Assembly (NCBI RefSeq): GCF_006345805.1
Contig: NC_042998.1
Span: 193,254,001-193,318,000, forward strand
Direction of reading: 5' to 3'
Length of the DNA stretch: 64,000 nt
From: Octopus sinensis
Taxonomy: Eukaryota
Part shown: positions 50,400 through 64,000 of the stretch, one piece after another
Layout of the letters: each line of letters begins with the position of its first letter
Position numbering within the stretch: position 1 is the stretch's first letter
Program-made: the position numbers and the translations under genes
Notes under the pieces: generated by a model
Database searches by the model: none
Seen by the model: the letters and a program-made list of their open reading frames with translations, nothing else
What the model was told of the DNA's origin: nothing

Positions 50400-51400
50400 A
50401 GAGGTCGCGACAGATCTCATGGCCTCTCTAGTTCTCTCAGTCTTGCTGGGTTGATGCGACTGACATTCACCTTAACAGATGAACATTGAAATTTGTATGA
50501 AAAATGAGAGTAATGAGAGGATTTCAAACTGATGCAATACTGGCTAGGATTGATTATGTTCAGTGCAGATTTGGGTACTTTACATAAGTGTAGAACAGGC
50601 GAATGAAAAGGGTGGAATTAAGTTGGGACAGAGTACAACCTTTTAGTTTAGAAGATCGGAAGGTACAGAAGAGGCAGAAATACGAAACAGTATACTCGAG
50701 TCAGTGGTTGTCATAAATTGACGAGAGAAATCTGTTAATAAGTCGAATGGCTGTCAAAAGGGAACTTTGAATTTTTCCTGATACAATATGATTTCGTTGG
50801 GTGGTTATGACACGAAGCAGAATGTTTTTAACTACATCTTCAAGCATCTGCTACCTACATAAGTTTCATGCACCACGCCAGGAAGCTTCCCTACTCCTCA
50901 TCATTAATTTTGGTAGGCCTTCAGTTTTAAGTTCTGTGTGCGTGCCAATAATACCATTGTAATTGAATGGCCTTCATCCTCTATTAAAGTGAGGAAATTT
51001 CTAAAACATAACACCTGATATGGCCTAGTGTTCAGCACGTTAGCAGTGGCCAGCGAAGAATACCTTGCGTTGAGCAACAATAGTGGATATGGATTAAATG
51101 AGAATATAATTTCCTCTTAGGTCTTGTACTCATGCTAGGAGAGGATTTGAGCCTTTATGCAAATTCAAGAGTACGTACTATCAAGATGATCATAAAGCCT
51201 CTTCAGAAGAAGGCCAGCCTTGTTGGCTTTTAAATGCTTTATTGCTTATTGCAGGCACTCCAGGCTTGTCCTTTGCATATAATAAAGGCTTTCTTATTGT
51301 TAGTAAAATAGGACCTAACATGCTTCAAGTCACTGATCTCTTTGCGTTGTATGACATTGTTTTCAAGTAGCTTTCATCTGCTTTGAGGAAGGATCTTATG
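50400..51400 (-). pseudogene. Highly decayed CR1-like LINE 3' region
   Basis: Only short motifs (KAGLLLKR, HKAQIL..M), in the order expected for CR1 ORF2. Confidence 0.45.
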
Positions 51401-51410
51401 CTCAGTGTCC

Positions 51411-51826
51411 AAGGCGGCGAGCTGGCAGAAACGTTAGCACGCCGGGTAAAATGCGTAGCCGTATTTCGTCTGCCGTTACGTTCTGAGTTCAAATTCCGCC
51501 GAGGTCGACTTTGCCTTTCATCCTTTCGAAGTCGATAAATTAAGTACCAGTTACGCACTGGGTCGATATAGTCGACTTAATACGTTTGTCTGTCCGTGTT
51601 TGTACTCTCTGTGTTTAGCCCCTTGTGGGTAGTAAAGAAATAGTTATTTCGTCTGCCGTTACGTTCTGAGTTCAAATTCCGCCGAGGTCGACTTTGCCTC
51701 TCATCTTTTCGGGGTCGATAAATTAAGTACAAGTTACGCACTGGGGTCGATGTAATCGACTTAACACCTTTGTCTATCCTTGTTTGTCCCCTCTGTGTTT
51801 AGCCCCTTGTGGGTAATAAAGAAATA
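51411..51826 (+). mobile_element. SINE family A dimer with TSD
   Basis: CTCAGTGTCC at 51401-51410 and 51831-51840. Confidence 0.92.
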
Positions 51827-53036
51827 TATACTCAGTGTCCTTCGCGAACAGAATTTTAAATAAGAATTGTAAGAGTTGAGTTAGCGACATTTTGTTTGAT
51901 ATAAATTTTGATTATTTCTTGGTTAGGCTGAAATTACGGTTGTCAATGATGTTGAGTTTATTATTGAATACGTTTAATTTTTTTCCCCAAATTTGTAGCG
52001 GTATTGTGATGAAACATAGATATATTCATTAATTAATGCGATTTTAATTAGTATTCATGAATATAAATTTTAGCTTCTTTTAATTAGTTTTTCTTATTTG
52101 TATAAAACTGTATTCTTTTCCTGTGACACTGTATGATATTTTTATATATGATATATAAATATATCATATATAGATGTGTATACCTGTGTAGTTGCATGCC
52201 GAAATGATTAGGAACTTTGTTTCACAATTGTGAGGTCACAAGTTCGATCCTAATGCTCTGTATTCCGGGCCAATGTCTTTTACGAGTTGACCCAAGTTTT
52301 GTGAGTAAAAGAAGATAGACGGAAATGGACTGGAATGCATTGTACCTTTTATTTAATACTCCTTGAGAATTACGTTAAAGATATACATGTCTGTGGAATA
52401 CTCAGCCACTTATATGTAAATTTTAATAAGTTGCTAGTGCTCTTCATTGAACAGCTGAATATGAATCCTCGATACAGGTGGAAAACCATATGCCTGTGTT
52501 TATATGTGTGTTTATATGAACACAAACGCGCATTTTATATACATATTTGTTCCAGAAAAAAGTCAAGAAAACCCCCAACGGATGTGTAAATAAACAAATC
52601 TCCCTATAATTTTTTTTTATATACGTTGTCGTTATTCCTTAACATAGAAATAATTCTACACAAGCTATTTTCGGAAGGTTTCGGTAATTTCCTATCGCCT
52701 ACACACCGATAAGTTTCTTGGGGTCTATATATGGCAATATTGAAAGGGAATCAACCTATATAGTTATGTAGCTGGCTAACTTCACCCAGTACTTTTCCAT
52801 TGCCGTCTGTTTCTTCTCAGAGTTCCCTTTCGATAAAAACCCTAGCGGAAAACAGCATAGCTTTTAACTGATTCGGTAGGAGTGGATGGTTCAAGACGGG
52901 AAAGGGGTGTGCAGGGGAGAAAGAAAGCAGACAGCGAGGGGTGGGGTGGGAGAGTAAAGCAGAAGTGGAGTGGTGTGGAGTGGAGAGGGAAAGAGAGGAT
53001 GTAAGATGAAAGTCAGACATAAATTAGATAGACAGG

Positions 53037-53241
<205 letters not shown>

Positions 53242-53392
53242 ATGCATGTGAGTGCTATACAGAGATAAAAGTAGAACAAACAAATAGTCGAAAAGGTAGA
53301 AAAAGTAATGCAGAAAGTAAAGGATGGGGAAACGAGTAAGGATAGGCTATAAATAACTACAAAAATTATGTGGCATAAGGTACAGACGAATG

Positions 53393-53434
<42 letters not shown>

Positions 53435-53596
53435 CTATATTAAGATATGGGATAGTTTATATATTTAGACATGTAGGTTACTGTGAGTGTCTGTAAATGC
53501 CGGTATCCACATGTACGCTGCATGCCTACAGCTTACTACTACGTTCCAGTAAAAGGGTAAAACTATTTGTGTATCTAAAACATAAACGATATAAAT

Positions 53597-53655
<59 letters not shown>

Positions 53656-53656
<1 letters not shown>

Positions 53657-53885
53657 TCTTACTCTCTCTTTTACTCTTTTACTTGTTTCATTCATTTGAC
53701 TGCGGCCATGCTGGAGCACCGCCTTTAGTCGAACAAATCGACCCCGGACTTATTCTTTGTAAGCCCAGTACTTATTCTATCGGTCTCTTTTAGCCGAACC
53801 GCTAAGTGACAGGGACGTAAACACACCAGCATCGGATGTCAGCAATGCTAGGGGGACAAACACAGACACACAAACACACACATAC
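53656..53885 (-). mobile_element. SINE family B 3' half
   Basis: Tail and body up to the internal microsatellite, which runs into the long (TA)n tract. Confidence 0.88.
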
Positions 53886-53889
53886 ATAT

Positions 53890-53894
53890 ACATA

Positions 53895-53933
<39 letters not shown>

Positions 53934-54035
53934 TACATAGATATATATATATATATATACATATAGAAATTTTGCAATTAAGGACAAAATATAATGCCTC
54001 CTGGCATGTATGTATAATTATGCCCTCTATATATA

Positions 54036-54092
<57 letters not shown>

Positions 54093-54107
54093 ATAATATA
54101 TATATAT

Positions 54108-54157
<50 letters not shown>

Positions 54158-54187
54158 CATATATATATAATATATATATATATAACA

Positions 54188-54221
<34 letters not shown>

Positions 54222-54254
54222 CATATTATATATATATATATATTATATACATAT

Positions 54255-54292
<38 letters not shown>

Positions 54293-54297
54293 CATAT

Positions 54298-54363
<66 letters not shown>

Positions 54364-54395
54364 CATACATATATATTATATATATATATAGATAC

Positions 54396-54488
<93 letters not shown>

Positions 54489-54500
54489 CATACATATAGA
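53890..54500. repeat. ~600-bp imperfect (TA)n tract
   Basis: Direct inspection; short non-repeat interruption near 53960-54025. Confidence 0.93.
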
Positions 54501-54909
54501 CATAGACACGCGCGTAGCATGAACGCGCACGCACACACTTACACTCAGACACGTTATCAGATTCGAAAACGCAATATAAGTCTCGTCTCCCTTTCTGTCC
54601 CTCTCTCACACCTACTTCCGCTTGGCGACCTTCACACATCTCCCCCATTGCATTGAATAAATCTCTCTGACCCCAGTTTTCCACTTCGCTGCCACAGCTC
54701 AGGGATTCCAAAAATAACTGGTTTATCACCCTGCCTTTCACATTGCAAACTGTCGACCCTTCCCTGTCTCGGAAGACAGCTGGACTTAGTATTGCCGGAC
54801 AATTGAACAGGGTTACCATTATTCTGTACCATTTTTATAACAATGAATACTTGCTCACCTTTTAATAAAAAAACCTTCTCAAATATAAAACCATGATGCA
54901 AAAAGATAT

Positions 54910-55341
54910 GGATCTTTTCGGTTTGAACGGCAGTTTTTTCTAGCAGTGTCATATGAAATTGTCACCCATAATTATAACCCTAGTATCGACCTATTGCATT
55001 TCAATCTGTTTTAGGGTTAGGGTTAGGGTCTGGGTTAGGGGTGGGGGGAAGGGTATCTTTTTTTCTTCACAAATGTAAATAAACCCAATCTGTTTCTTAA
55101 ACGAGGGACATATTCATACGGCACAGAATGTTTTTTACCTCAATTGACGTAATTGATTGGTTGAAATTGCAGAAATTGAAGAAAGAAAAAAACAACAAAT
55201 ATCTTACAAACTATAGATTTTTCTCAATAAAGCCAATAGAAAAAGATGTTTTATAAACACATTCTACCAGCATACGAAGTTTAAAATTTTTTAGTTACCT
55301 AGAAATTATGTTAAAAACTGCCGTTCAAGCCGAAAAGATCC
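54910..55341. mobile_element. 432-bp TIR MITE, Merlin-like
   Basis: 29-bp TIR GGATCTTTTCGG(T/C)TTGAACGGCAGTTTTT; 8-bp TSD AAAGATAT at 54902-54909 and 55342-55349. Confidence 0.88.
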
Positions 55342-56229
55342 AAAGATATAATTATACAGCAGAGCCAGCATTTAAAATACGTAAAATATTGCAGCAAATT
55401 GATAAATTTTATACATCATTTAAATACTCAAAACACTTCTAAGTGACCTTGCGTATTAAACGCTTTGCTTCTCTATTTCAAATCCAGTCGATATTGATTG
55501 ATTTTAATTCTTTGAGATCTCTAAAATACAGAATCCAACACTAGGAGGCTATAACTAAAGAGCCTAATCCCAAAACTATGTTGTGACAACTATTGATAAC
55601 AAGAATAAAAATATAATTTATTCATCCTTTCGTGATCGATAATCTCAAGTACCAATCAAGAACTCAGGTTAATCCAGCCGTCTAACCTCCCCTATTTCCT
55701 AATTCAAGACAACTATCTATCGTAAATCTGGCTGGGCGCCATTCATCTTACTGCGGTCATTAAAAGGTTGCAGATAAATACAGAATGTGATAGAATCAAA
55801 GGACCACCTTGTGCTGCTCATTGCCTCCCTCGCTTAATCAGGCAGGGCACATAATTTTCTTGTCCGGTGGCTATGGTGAAAGAGGTTGGATGATGGATGA
55901 GACTGAAATAACCGAGGAAACATACTTTGCTCTTTGATGACGCCCTCATCAACTTCTGAAATACACTTGGAAAGGAAGCGATAATATGCATATTTTTTTT
56001 ATCACATTGGGTTTTTTTCTTACCTTCATTTGATTTTGCGTAAATCCTCACGTGATCTGTGTCTATAACTTCCTCGTCCTCGGACCCTGTTGTGAAAAAT
56101 ATATCTACTTTGCCTTTCATCGTTTTGGGGGCGATAAAGTAAGTACGAGCACGAGGATCGACGTAGTTGACTAACCTCTTCCCCCAAATTCTCAGGCCTT
56201 GTACCCATAGCAGAAACGATTATTATTAA

Positions 56230-56281
<52 letters not shown>

Positions 56282-56834
56282 GAGTGAGAGAGCAGTGCAT
56301 GCCATCAAAGTGACACTGAGGTAAAATATACGAAGCCCAGTATACCCATCATGACTACCCGTCTGATAAGGGTACACTAGGCACATGCATCACAACCATG
56401 TGTGCGCGACATGGTCACCTCATATCAAGATAAACAGCACATGACCTTGCAGGTGGGGCCCAGTTAGAATTTTCTTCATGTCGAGTAACCCATCCTACTC
56501 GAAAGGTCCCTGAATAAGGGTTGTTTAAGGATGTTGAACGAAACACCCATGTTTCCAGAGGTGAATTATTCAAACCCCAAAGAATCCCTCTCAACACACG
56601 GCTATGATGCTCCCCCACTACTTCTGCTCGTGATCAGAGATGCACATATCGTCAGCCACTAAGGGACATGCTCAACTGGTTCAGGTCAAACAACTGACAA
56701 GCAAATCTGTAGTATTAAGCAGAATATTTGCTGTAGCCCATCTTTTATACCAAAACAAAACATTGTACATGATAACACTTCCAATCAGTCAAGATCAGAA
56801 GCCAGGAGAGCCACTGCCTGGTACTGCATCAGGG

Positions 56835-56836
<2 letters not shown>
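56282..56836 (-). mobile_element. Family D repeat, copy 3
   Basis: Same ends as 2000-2556; (ATT)n on both flanks. Confidence 0.82.
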
Positions 56837-56902
<66 letters not shown>

Positions 56903-57132
56903 TTTGTTTGACTTTATGTCTGTACAAGTTGGCTCCAAGTCTCACCCAGACACCTCAAGAGACAACAGGTTGGAAGTTCACGTTGTTGTTATGCCTAGTG
57001 TGCCATATATTTGGGGTGTTTTTTTCTTCCCCTTTTTGTTTTGGTGTTGTACTAGTGAATGTCTAAAAGATAAATTTTTTTAAAAAGTTTGTTTTAAACC
57101 TTGGGATTACATAGAGAGTATTTTGCGTAGGA

Positions 57133-57169
<37 letters not shown>

Positions 57170-57857
57170 GGGAGTCTTTGTCGTCTGCAATGTTTCCATA
57201 ATGAACCATGTGGCCGGTGAGAGAAAAAAAATCAGCCTCTTATTATAAGGAATAGTGGAGAGCGTGAACGACGATGAACTGGATACGATTCAGGTCGCCG
57301 GTGAACAGTCTGAGAAGGATTCTGCGGTGATTATAGGCAATTTTCTCATGTCTTTGGGCGTGCAGTGCTAAATCGGTTTAGATTTGCATGTTGCAATAAA
57401 TTACAGTCTAAATTGTCCGCAGTGTGCGGTGTGACTAAACTGTCTGGCATCTTCTCTTTCAGTTTCCTTACCGTATTGATTAGTGAGTTTATGTTTAACA
57501 GTTGTTATGTGTGGGACAGATCTGGCTGTCAGTAAGAAAGGCAAGTAGTCTTTCTCTGTCTACTGCCTCTGGTGTGGCGAAGGAATTTGAACGGTGGATG
57601 AAGGTGAAGTATTTGACGACAAAACCAAACCCTTTGGCGAGGAAGATAAGAGTAGAGAGCTTCTAGTAAAGAATATGAATGGTAGGTAAGTGTGGTGAAA
57701 TCAGTGTTACTGAGCTAACCTGCTCTAACAGATCAATTTTAGATTGGTCACCAGTTGTAATAGAAGACACAATCAGGCGTTATGTGTGGTGTATCTTGAA
57801 TCATATATGTTTTCTCTGTACTTTGAGGGCTGATTCTTGTTCGTATATTCTTTTCTA

Positions 57858-58198
57858 CTCTAAGTACTAGGCTCGAAATGTTGGGGGCGGGGCAAGTCGA
57901 TTAGATTGACCCCAGTATGCAACTGGTACTTAATTTAACATAAAAGGCAAAGTCGACCTAGGTGGAATTTGAACTCAGAACGTAAAGACGGACGAAATAC
58001 CTATTTCTTTACTACCCAAAAGGGGCTAGACATAGGGTGGACAAACAAGGACAGACAAACGGATTAAGTCGATTACATCGACTCCGGAAGGATGAAAGGC
58101 AAAGTCGACCTCGGTGGAATTTGAACTCAGAACGTAACGGTAGACGAAATACCGCTAAGCATTTCGCCCGGCGTGCTAACGTTTCTGCCAGCTCGCTA
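57858..58198 (-). mobile_element. SINE family A dimer with internal deletions
   Basis: Head CTGCCAGCTCGC, two cores, tails X and Y. Confidence 0.82.
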
Positions 58199-58479
58199 CC
58201 TTGATTCTCGTTTGATTATTATTAACACGTCTGATCACACCATTTTACTCCATATAAATTTAACCATTTGTTTTGTATGTTATTTTAATATGTATTTTCC
58301 TTTGTTCTGTTTCCAACATCCTGAGGCGTTATGACTAATAAAACAAATCATTAGATTGATTAAGAATGCAGATTTGCAGAATTATTAGAGCGCGAGTACT
58401 TGCTTCGAAGAAATATGTGCTGAGTTCGAATCCAGCCGATAAAATAATGTACCAGTCAAATACTAAGAGCAAACGCCTG

Positions 58480-58785
58480 TCTTTTATTCTTCAAGGGGTC
58501 CAGTCGAACAAATCGACACCAGAGCTTATTTTTAAGCCTAGTACTTATTCTATCGGTCTATTTTACCGAACCGCTATGTTACGGGGACGTAAACACACCA
58601 ACACCGGTTGTTAAGTGGTGATGGGGGACAGACACAAACACACACATATATATACATACGATAGGCTTCTTTCAGTTTCCGTCTACCAAATTCACTCACA
58701 AGGCTTCGTCGGCCTGAGGCTATAGTAAAAGAAACTTGCAAAGGTTGCCATGCAGTGGGACTGAACCCGGAACCATGAGGTTGTG
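58480..58785 (-). mobile_element. SINE family B, decayed
   Basis: CTTATTCTATCGGTC...CAGTGGGACTGAACCCGGAACCATG. Confidence 0.8.
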
Positions 58786-61530
58786 AAGCAAAAATAATTG
58801 TTACTTTGCATGTTTATATCGCCGACAACGTAGTATTTGGGTTCGAAAATACCACATTCCTATCTAATAATATATATATTAATCTCCTTGTGAATAAAAA
58901 TAACTGTACAGTTTCATGATGTACTTTCTGAAAACATCAAAAAGAACATGGTATGTAAGCTACGGCAGATACTTGAGATCAACATTTATATCACAAGTAC
59001 TTATTTGATCACGTCCACTGTTAGAGGTCGCACATCTGGTTTCTATTCACAGATGAAACCATCTCACCTTACTTGCATTGTTAACGATATTAGAAGTGAT
59101 TAACATGTCTTATTTCTTTTTCACCTGAGCCCTTTTCAAACTAGACATATTTTTACTGTGATTTGGCGCCAGTTCAACCCCGACTAAACAGCCACAAAAA
59201 AAAATTCAAATATTATGGCCGCCACTATCCCGTCTTTTATTTTACACAATCTATCCACAATTTAACTTACCCTTTCTATGGCGGTAAGTTGCGTATCGAG
59301 GGAAGTTTATCTGTTATTCCTAGCTTGTTGTGCACCCATACAGAGGTCCTCTGATTGTCTTGAGTGATCTAATTTACCGACAAAATTTGCTGACAACCTC
59401 AAAAACATTAGTCCGACAACAATAATTCTCCAACGCTGAGATATGTATTATCATGTCATCCAGTGTTAAATGCAATTTGATTTATTATGATGATGAAGAT
59501 CGGTCACAATGTATTTCAACACCATCGATCTATAAAATAATTTCTTCTTATAAATATAAGCTAATGGCTAAATTCTATCACCGCCAGACAATATCACAGT
59601 CATTTTGAAATTGGGCAGCAAATAGCAAGACAGATTACATTCATCAAACAAGGTTACCGAGGCTAACATTAGGTTATACTGATGGGGAACATATACATAT
59701 ACATATCCGCAAAAAGGTTAAGTATTCCATTCGTGCAACGGAATTCTCTACCACCGATTCCCCTTATATTTATAATCAAATTTAAACCCTCACTCGCTTC
59801 CACACTTATATTAACTTCTGTATTTACCTTATCTTTCTTTCTCTCTCACCCTCACCACTGCTTCTATCTTCTTTCTTATTCACCTCTGTTTCGTACATAT
59901 AAACTCTCGTCAAAACATTGGCTCAGTTCCAGTTTTTGACGTCAGCACGCTCAGGTTTCACTGAACCAAAAATAGACGCCACAGGGTAAAATGGCAGCCA
60001 AAAGGAGCATTTGATGACTCATATTTATTTTTAGGGAGTCCGTATATCAGTAAAGTTGTATGTAAGTTCTATTTTTATCTTACAACTCAGAATAAAGTGC
60101 TGGCAGAGCTGTTCCGATGTGAAAAGAACAGGTTGGAAAGAGATTTACAAGAATAGGAGACGGCTCTGAGCAATCTAAGACGCAGTGGGAGAAGGAAATA
60201 TAATTCTATAAACTTACAAGTCCTTGAGCAAGAAAATTTATTATTTCCACGTATATAAAGAAAGAATGGGAAAATAGAGAAAACAAAAGCATTGAAAGCT
60301 GTATTGTTCGAGATATATGCGCATTATGGTGGATATGAAGCATTCTGAAATAAAAAATATTATGATGGCAGCCTTCAGCTCCTAAACGTCTATTCATGTT
60401 TATGTTTGTAAACATGGCAGAAAGACAGAGTTCTTTGAACTGAAAGATGTTAAAAAATGTTTTTGTTTGACAAAAGAAACACAATATCTGGTTACAGAAC
60501 TAAGATTCTGACCTAATGTCACACAGGTTTCTGACATTGATTTATGGAAAAGGCTTAATCCCAAAGTAATAAATAGGAACGCTTACACGTACACAAACGC
60601 GCGTACGCACATAAGCACGTGCGCATGCGCAGTGAGAGAAAGATTGTGAGGATATCTGTGCATATATTTATGTGTTTTGCAACTATTGGAATAAATTCAT
60701 TATATATGGATTATGTAAGTGCATATGCATATAAGAAATATATGCGTACGTGCGTGAATGCATTCACGTACATTTCATAGCTATCTTTAGTGACAAACAC
60801 ACTCGTATATCTACACGGACACACACCACAACGATCTCATGCACATACTGATATGACTTTTTTTCTTTTTCTCCAAACAAGTACACTTTGCATTCTCGTG
60901 TCACTCGTCGTTAAGCAGAACAGCCCAACACGAAGGACCTTATGTATGTCTTCTTTTACAGGGATAAAACAGGGTCCACAGACAATAACAGGCTTTCCTA
61001 ACAAGGACAAATCTGCTTTCAAAACATGTTTTCAATGATAATCGCAAATCCTTTTTACTTCCTCTCTACTGTCAAAAACGTCGAGAACATGAAGAGAGTG
61101 AGGTTATTCTTAGCAAGATTTTGTATCATTATAGATTGTAAGAGCGGGATGTGTGCAATGCAAGTTCAATTCGCAGTTAAGCTCTTTCATTTAGTTTTGC
61201 TATCCTACATAAAATTTCTTCTTGCAGAGAAGGCTAGTTTATACAAGGTTAGCAATGTTGCAGCTACATTATATGAAAACGAAATTTTATATATTGACCC
61301 AACACTTTATTAAAAACCATATAACGTATATAATTCAGTGTTACTTTTTACCCCAAATCAGCTTTGATCAAACTATAATTTAATCTTTGTTTCTCAATAA
61401 TTCTTTCTCTGTAATTAACCTATCAAGTATGTAATTTTTCAAAATAGTAAGGTGCAATTTGAGAAAAGTTTTACAATTATTTCTAATTAGGGGCTTCGTT
61501 GTCATAGTTGTGCATTATTTGAGTTATCTA

Positions 61531-61614
61531 AAGCGGCGAGCTGGCAGAATCGTTAGCACGCCGGGCGAAATGCTTAGCCTGCCTTGATGCTCTGAGTTCA
61601 AATCCTGCCGAGGT
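61531..61614 (+). mobile_element. SINE family A head only
   Basis: AAGCGGCGAGCTGGCAGAATCGTTAGCACGCCGGGCGAAATGCTTAGC...GAGTTCAAATCC. Confidence 0.8.
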
Positions 61615-62220
61615 TTGTGGAATGCAAGAACTGTGTTGAAAAATAACCTTATTTGTTCACATTACATGAGAGAATCTTGGTCAGTCCATGAACTTTTCAG
61701 CCGACCCTCGTATTTGGAGGTGAGTCGTAAATAATTAGCGTGTGTGCATTTAAGAAACACATCTTACTTCATTGTATAAATAAAAACTGATCACTTTAAA
61801 TGTATTAAAAATAAGCACTCTTCTAGCCGAGACAAAGGGAGAGATTCGCCCTAAGTGAGTTATTTTTTTCTTTTTGTGTGTGTATTTTCATAGGAAATGG
61901 TAATCAAATTCAAGGACCATTTGAGCGGCACAAACCGTAGTCGGGCCACTGAATATAAATTTCTGTTCAACACATCTATAAATACGTTGATTCAGTGTGA
62001 CTACAAATTCAGCCATCTTATGTTTAGACTTTTTTTCATTGATTCTTTTTCATAATCTCTTATGAGTAATTTATAGTTTGTTTGGAACATTTAAAGATCC
62101 ATAGATCCAAATAGACCATAAAGAGCTCAAAGCAACTTGAAAATAAACAAATAAACAGAAAGATCATACTAGAAATGTTTGTTTTGTGTGCACGCGCATC
62201 TATGTATGTATATATCGGTA

Positions 62221-62229
<9 letters not shown>

Positions 62230-62257
<28 letters not shown>

Positions 62258-62282
62258 CTATATATATATATATATATATATA

Positions 62283-62334
<52 letters not shown>

Positions 62335-62353
62335 TATATATATATATATATAT
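62230..62353. repeat. (TA)n microsatellite
   Basis: Direct inspection. Confidence 0.95.
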
Positions 62354-63329
62354 ATCCTTCTACTTATCTACTTCCCTACATAAATACTGAGGGAGAGAGA
62401 GACAGACGGGAGAGAAAAGAAAAAGAAAGGTAGGAGTGACAATAATTGACAGCAGTTTCCTATTAGCTGGAAAGTATTGATAATAAACTTCGTCCATGGC
62501 AGAATGTGGGGAGGGATTAGAAAAACAGCCAAGCAAACAAGTGATTAGATTTACTAGAGATGAAATGTACTATGACTTGTGGTTTAAGTCTGAGAATATA
62601 AGTCGCGTGTCTAGCCTGATAACAAAATAACAGCCGACGCTATATTTAACTGTAGACTAGATAAAAACATATGTCAATACTGACTTCTTACGCATAAATA
62701 TACACGCCAGCCGACAGGACTCTTAAAACGGATGCTGAGAGCGAAAATTTGTTCTAGTTTCGTAGCAATGTTTGTTTTGGGATTATTATTCCTATGTTTA
62801 CCCTTTCGCAAATTAACTCTTTCTTTTTCTCTGTAACAGTTTTGTAATTACCAACTGCTGATGCAGGAAAGATAGTATGCGCCCGAATATTATAAAGGTG
62901 TTCCGTTGAAAGACAACTTACTTTTTATAGAAAGTAGGCGTTTTAGGAGGCTTAAAACTGACTATTGGAGATCCAGTTCAAGCTTGATTAAAGCTAGGAT
63001 CGAAAGCATTCCAATCATGGCCAATCTGTTTATTTAGGGTCTCAAGAACTACATCTAATATCCAGTGTGTTTTACTTCGTTTAAGACTGCAAGCTTTCAT
63101 TAGAAGGAGTTTTAACTGTTATTTGCAATCCAGCAAGGGATCTCGATGACGCTTCTTTGTTAATACAAATTCTTTCGTTACTTTCAAAGGAAAAATAAAG
63201 CAGAATGTTTAAAAGTAACGGATGTTATATAAATTCATACCTATAAAATATCCGTCGAAATATTAAAACTGAGAAGTATTAATATTTCACGTGCCTTTAC
63301 AGTGTAACCGAGCTGCAATATATGTGGAT

Positions 63330-63713
63330 GGAAGCACTCCGTCAGTTACGACGATGAGGGTTCCGGTTGATCCGATCAACGGAACAGCCTGCTCGTGAAA
63401 TTAACGTGTAAGTGGCTGAGCTCTCCACAGACACGTGCACCCTTAACGTAGTTCTCGGGGATATTCAGCGTGACACAGAGAGTGACAAGGCCGGCCCTTT
63501 GAAATACAGGTACAACAGAAACAGGAAGTAAGAGTGAGAGAAAGTTGTGGTGAAAGAGTACAGCAGGGATCACCACCATCCCCTGCCGGAGCCTCGTGGC
63601 GCTTTTAGGTGTTTTCGCTCAATAAACACTCACAACGCCCGGTCTGGGAATCGAAACCGCGATCCTATGACCGCGAGTCTGCTGCCCTAACCACTGGGCC
63701 ATTGCGCCTCCAC
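63330..63713 (-). mobile_element. SINE family C, tail type 2, with TSD-like flanks
   Basis: Reverse complement of 30166-30553; GCTGCAATATAT on both flanks. Confidence 0.92.
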
Positions 63714-64000
63714 GCTGCAATATATATAGTCTGTTCGAAAATAAAACCACAAAATACAAAGTGCCTCAGCAGATTTAGTTATGGTTTTTCTGAATTCTGA
63801 ATTCAAGCTTTGAAATGTTTTACATCTTTCTGGGTTGATAAAATAACTGCCAGTCAAACCGCTGATTGTTACTCCATTCCAAATACTATGGTCATGTACC
63901 ATATTCTTTGTCATTTAATATATCTTGTAAGGGTAAAGGGGCAAAGTGGCAACACTGGTAGAATGTCGGATAAGATAATTTGCTATATTCAGTTATGCCC

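Noticed and set aside
54527-54870. GC-richer block possibly Penelope GIY-YIG or hammerhead
   Set aside because: No intact core motif or convincing translation.
55011-55053. Telomere or fusion scar
   Set aside because: Only about three perfect TTAGGG units, and they lie inside a TIR/TSD-bounded MITE.
57170-57660. Possible Penelope ORF N-terminal remnant (minus strand)
   Set aside because: Resemblance is vague and no diagnostic motif could be read.
61690-61712. ACTTTTCAGCCGACCCTCGTA mariner-like terminal fragment
   Set aside because: Solo ~20-bp match with no partner TIR or ORF.

Overview
AT-rich eukaryotic (animal) genomic DNA made mostly of interspersed repeats and microsatellites. The tRNA-derived SINE families and TE mix suggest an octopus or other coleoid cephalopod (inference, not proven). 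I cannot support any host protein-coding gene; nearly all listed ORFs are microsatellite or SINE artefacts or TE debris. Supported content: a full-length mariner (6056-7346; TIRs, TA TSD, frameshifted D,D34D transposase), a Tc1 relic, a hAT relic, TIR MITEs (one Merlin-like with an 8-bp TSD), Helentron/Helitron-like pieces, LINE remnants (RTE, CR1-like, HERO/NeSL-like) and three SINE families with dozens of copies. The most interesting region is 32.0-35.8 kb. It holds a near-perfect 65-bp hairpin and a Penelope-like cluster with four hammerhead-ribozyme-like motifs: two in a 512/513-bp tandem duplication, and one split and enclosed in a ~500-bp inverted repeat. Other notable structures are 383-bp inverted arms around a LINE fragment, an inverted ~370-bp duplication 23 kb apart, modular SINE tail swapping, and a headless ~555-bp (TAA)n-flanked repeat. 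Coordinates were counted by eye; boundaries of decayed repeats are approximate.
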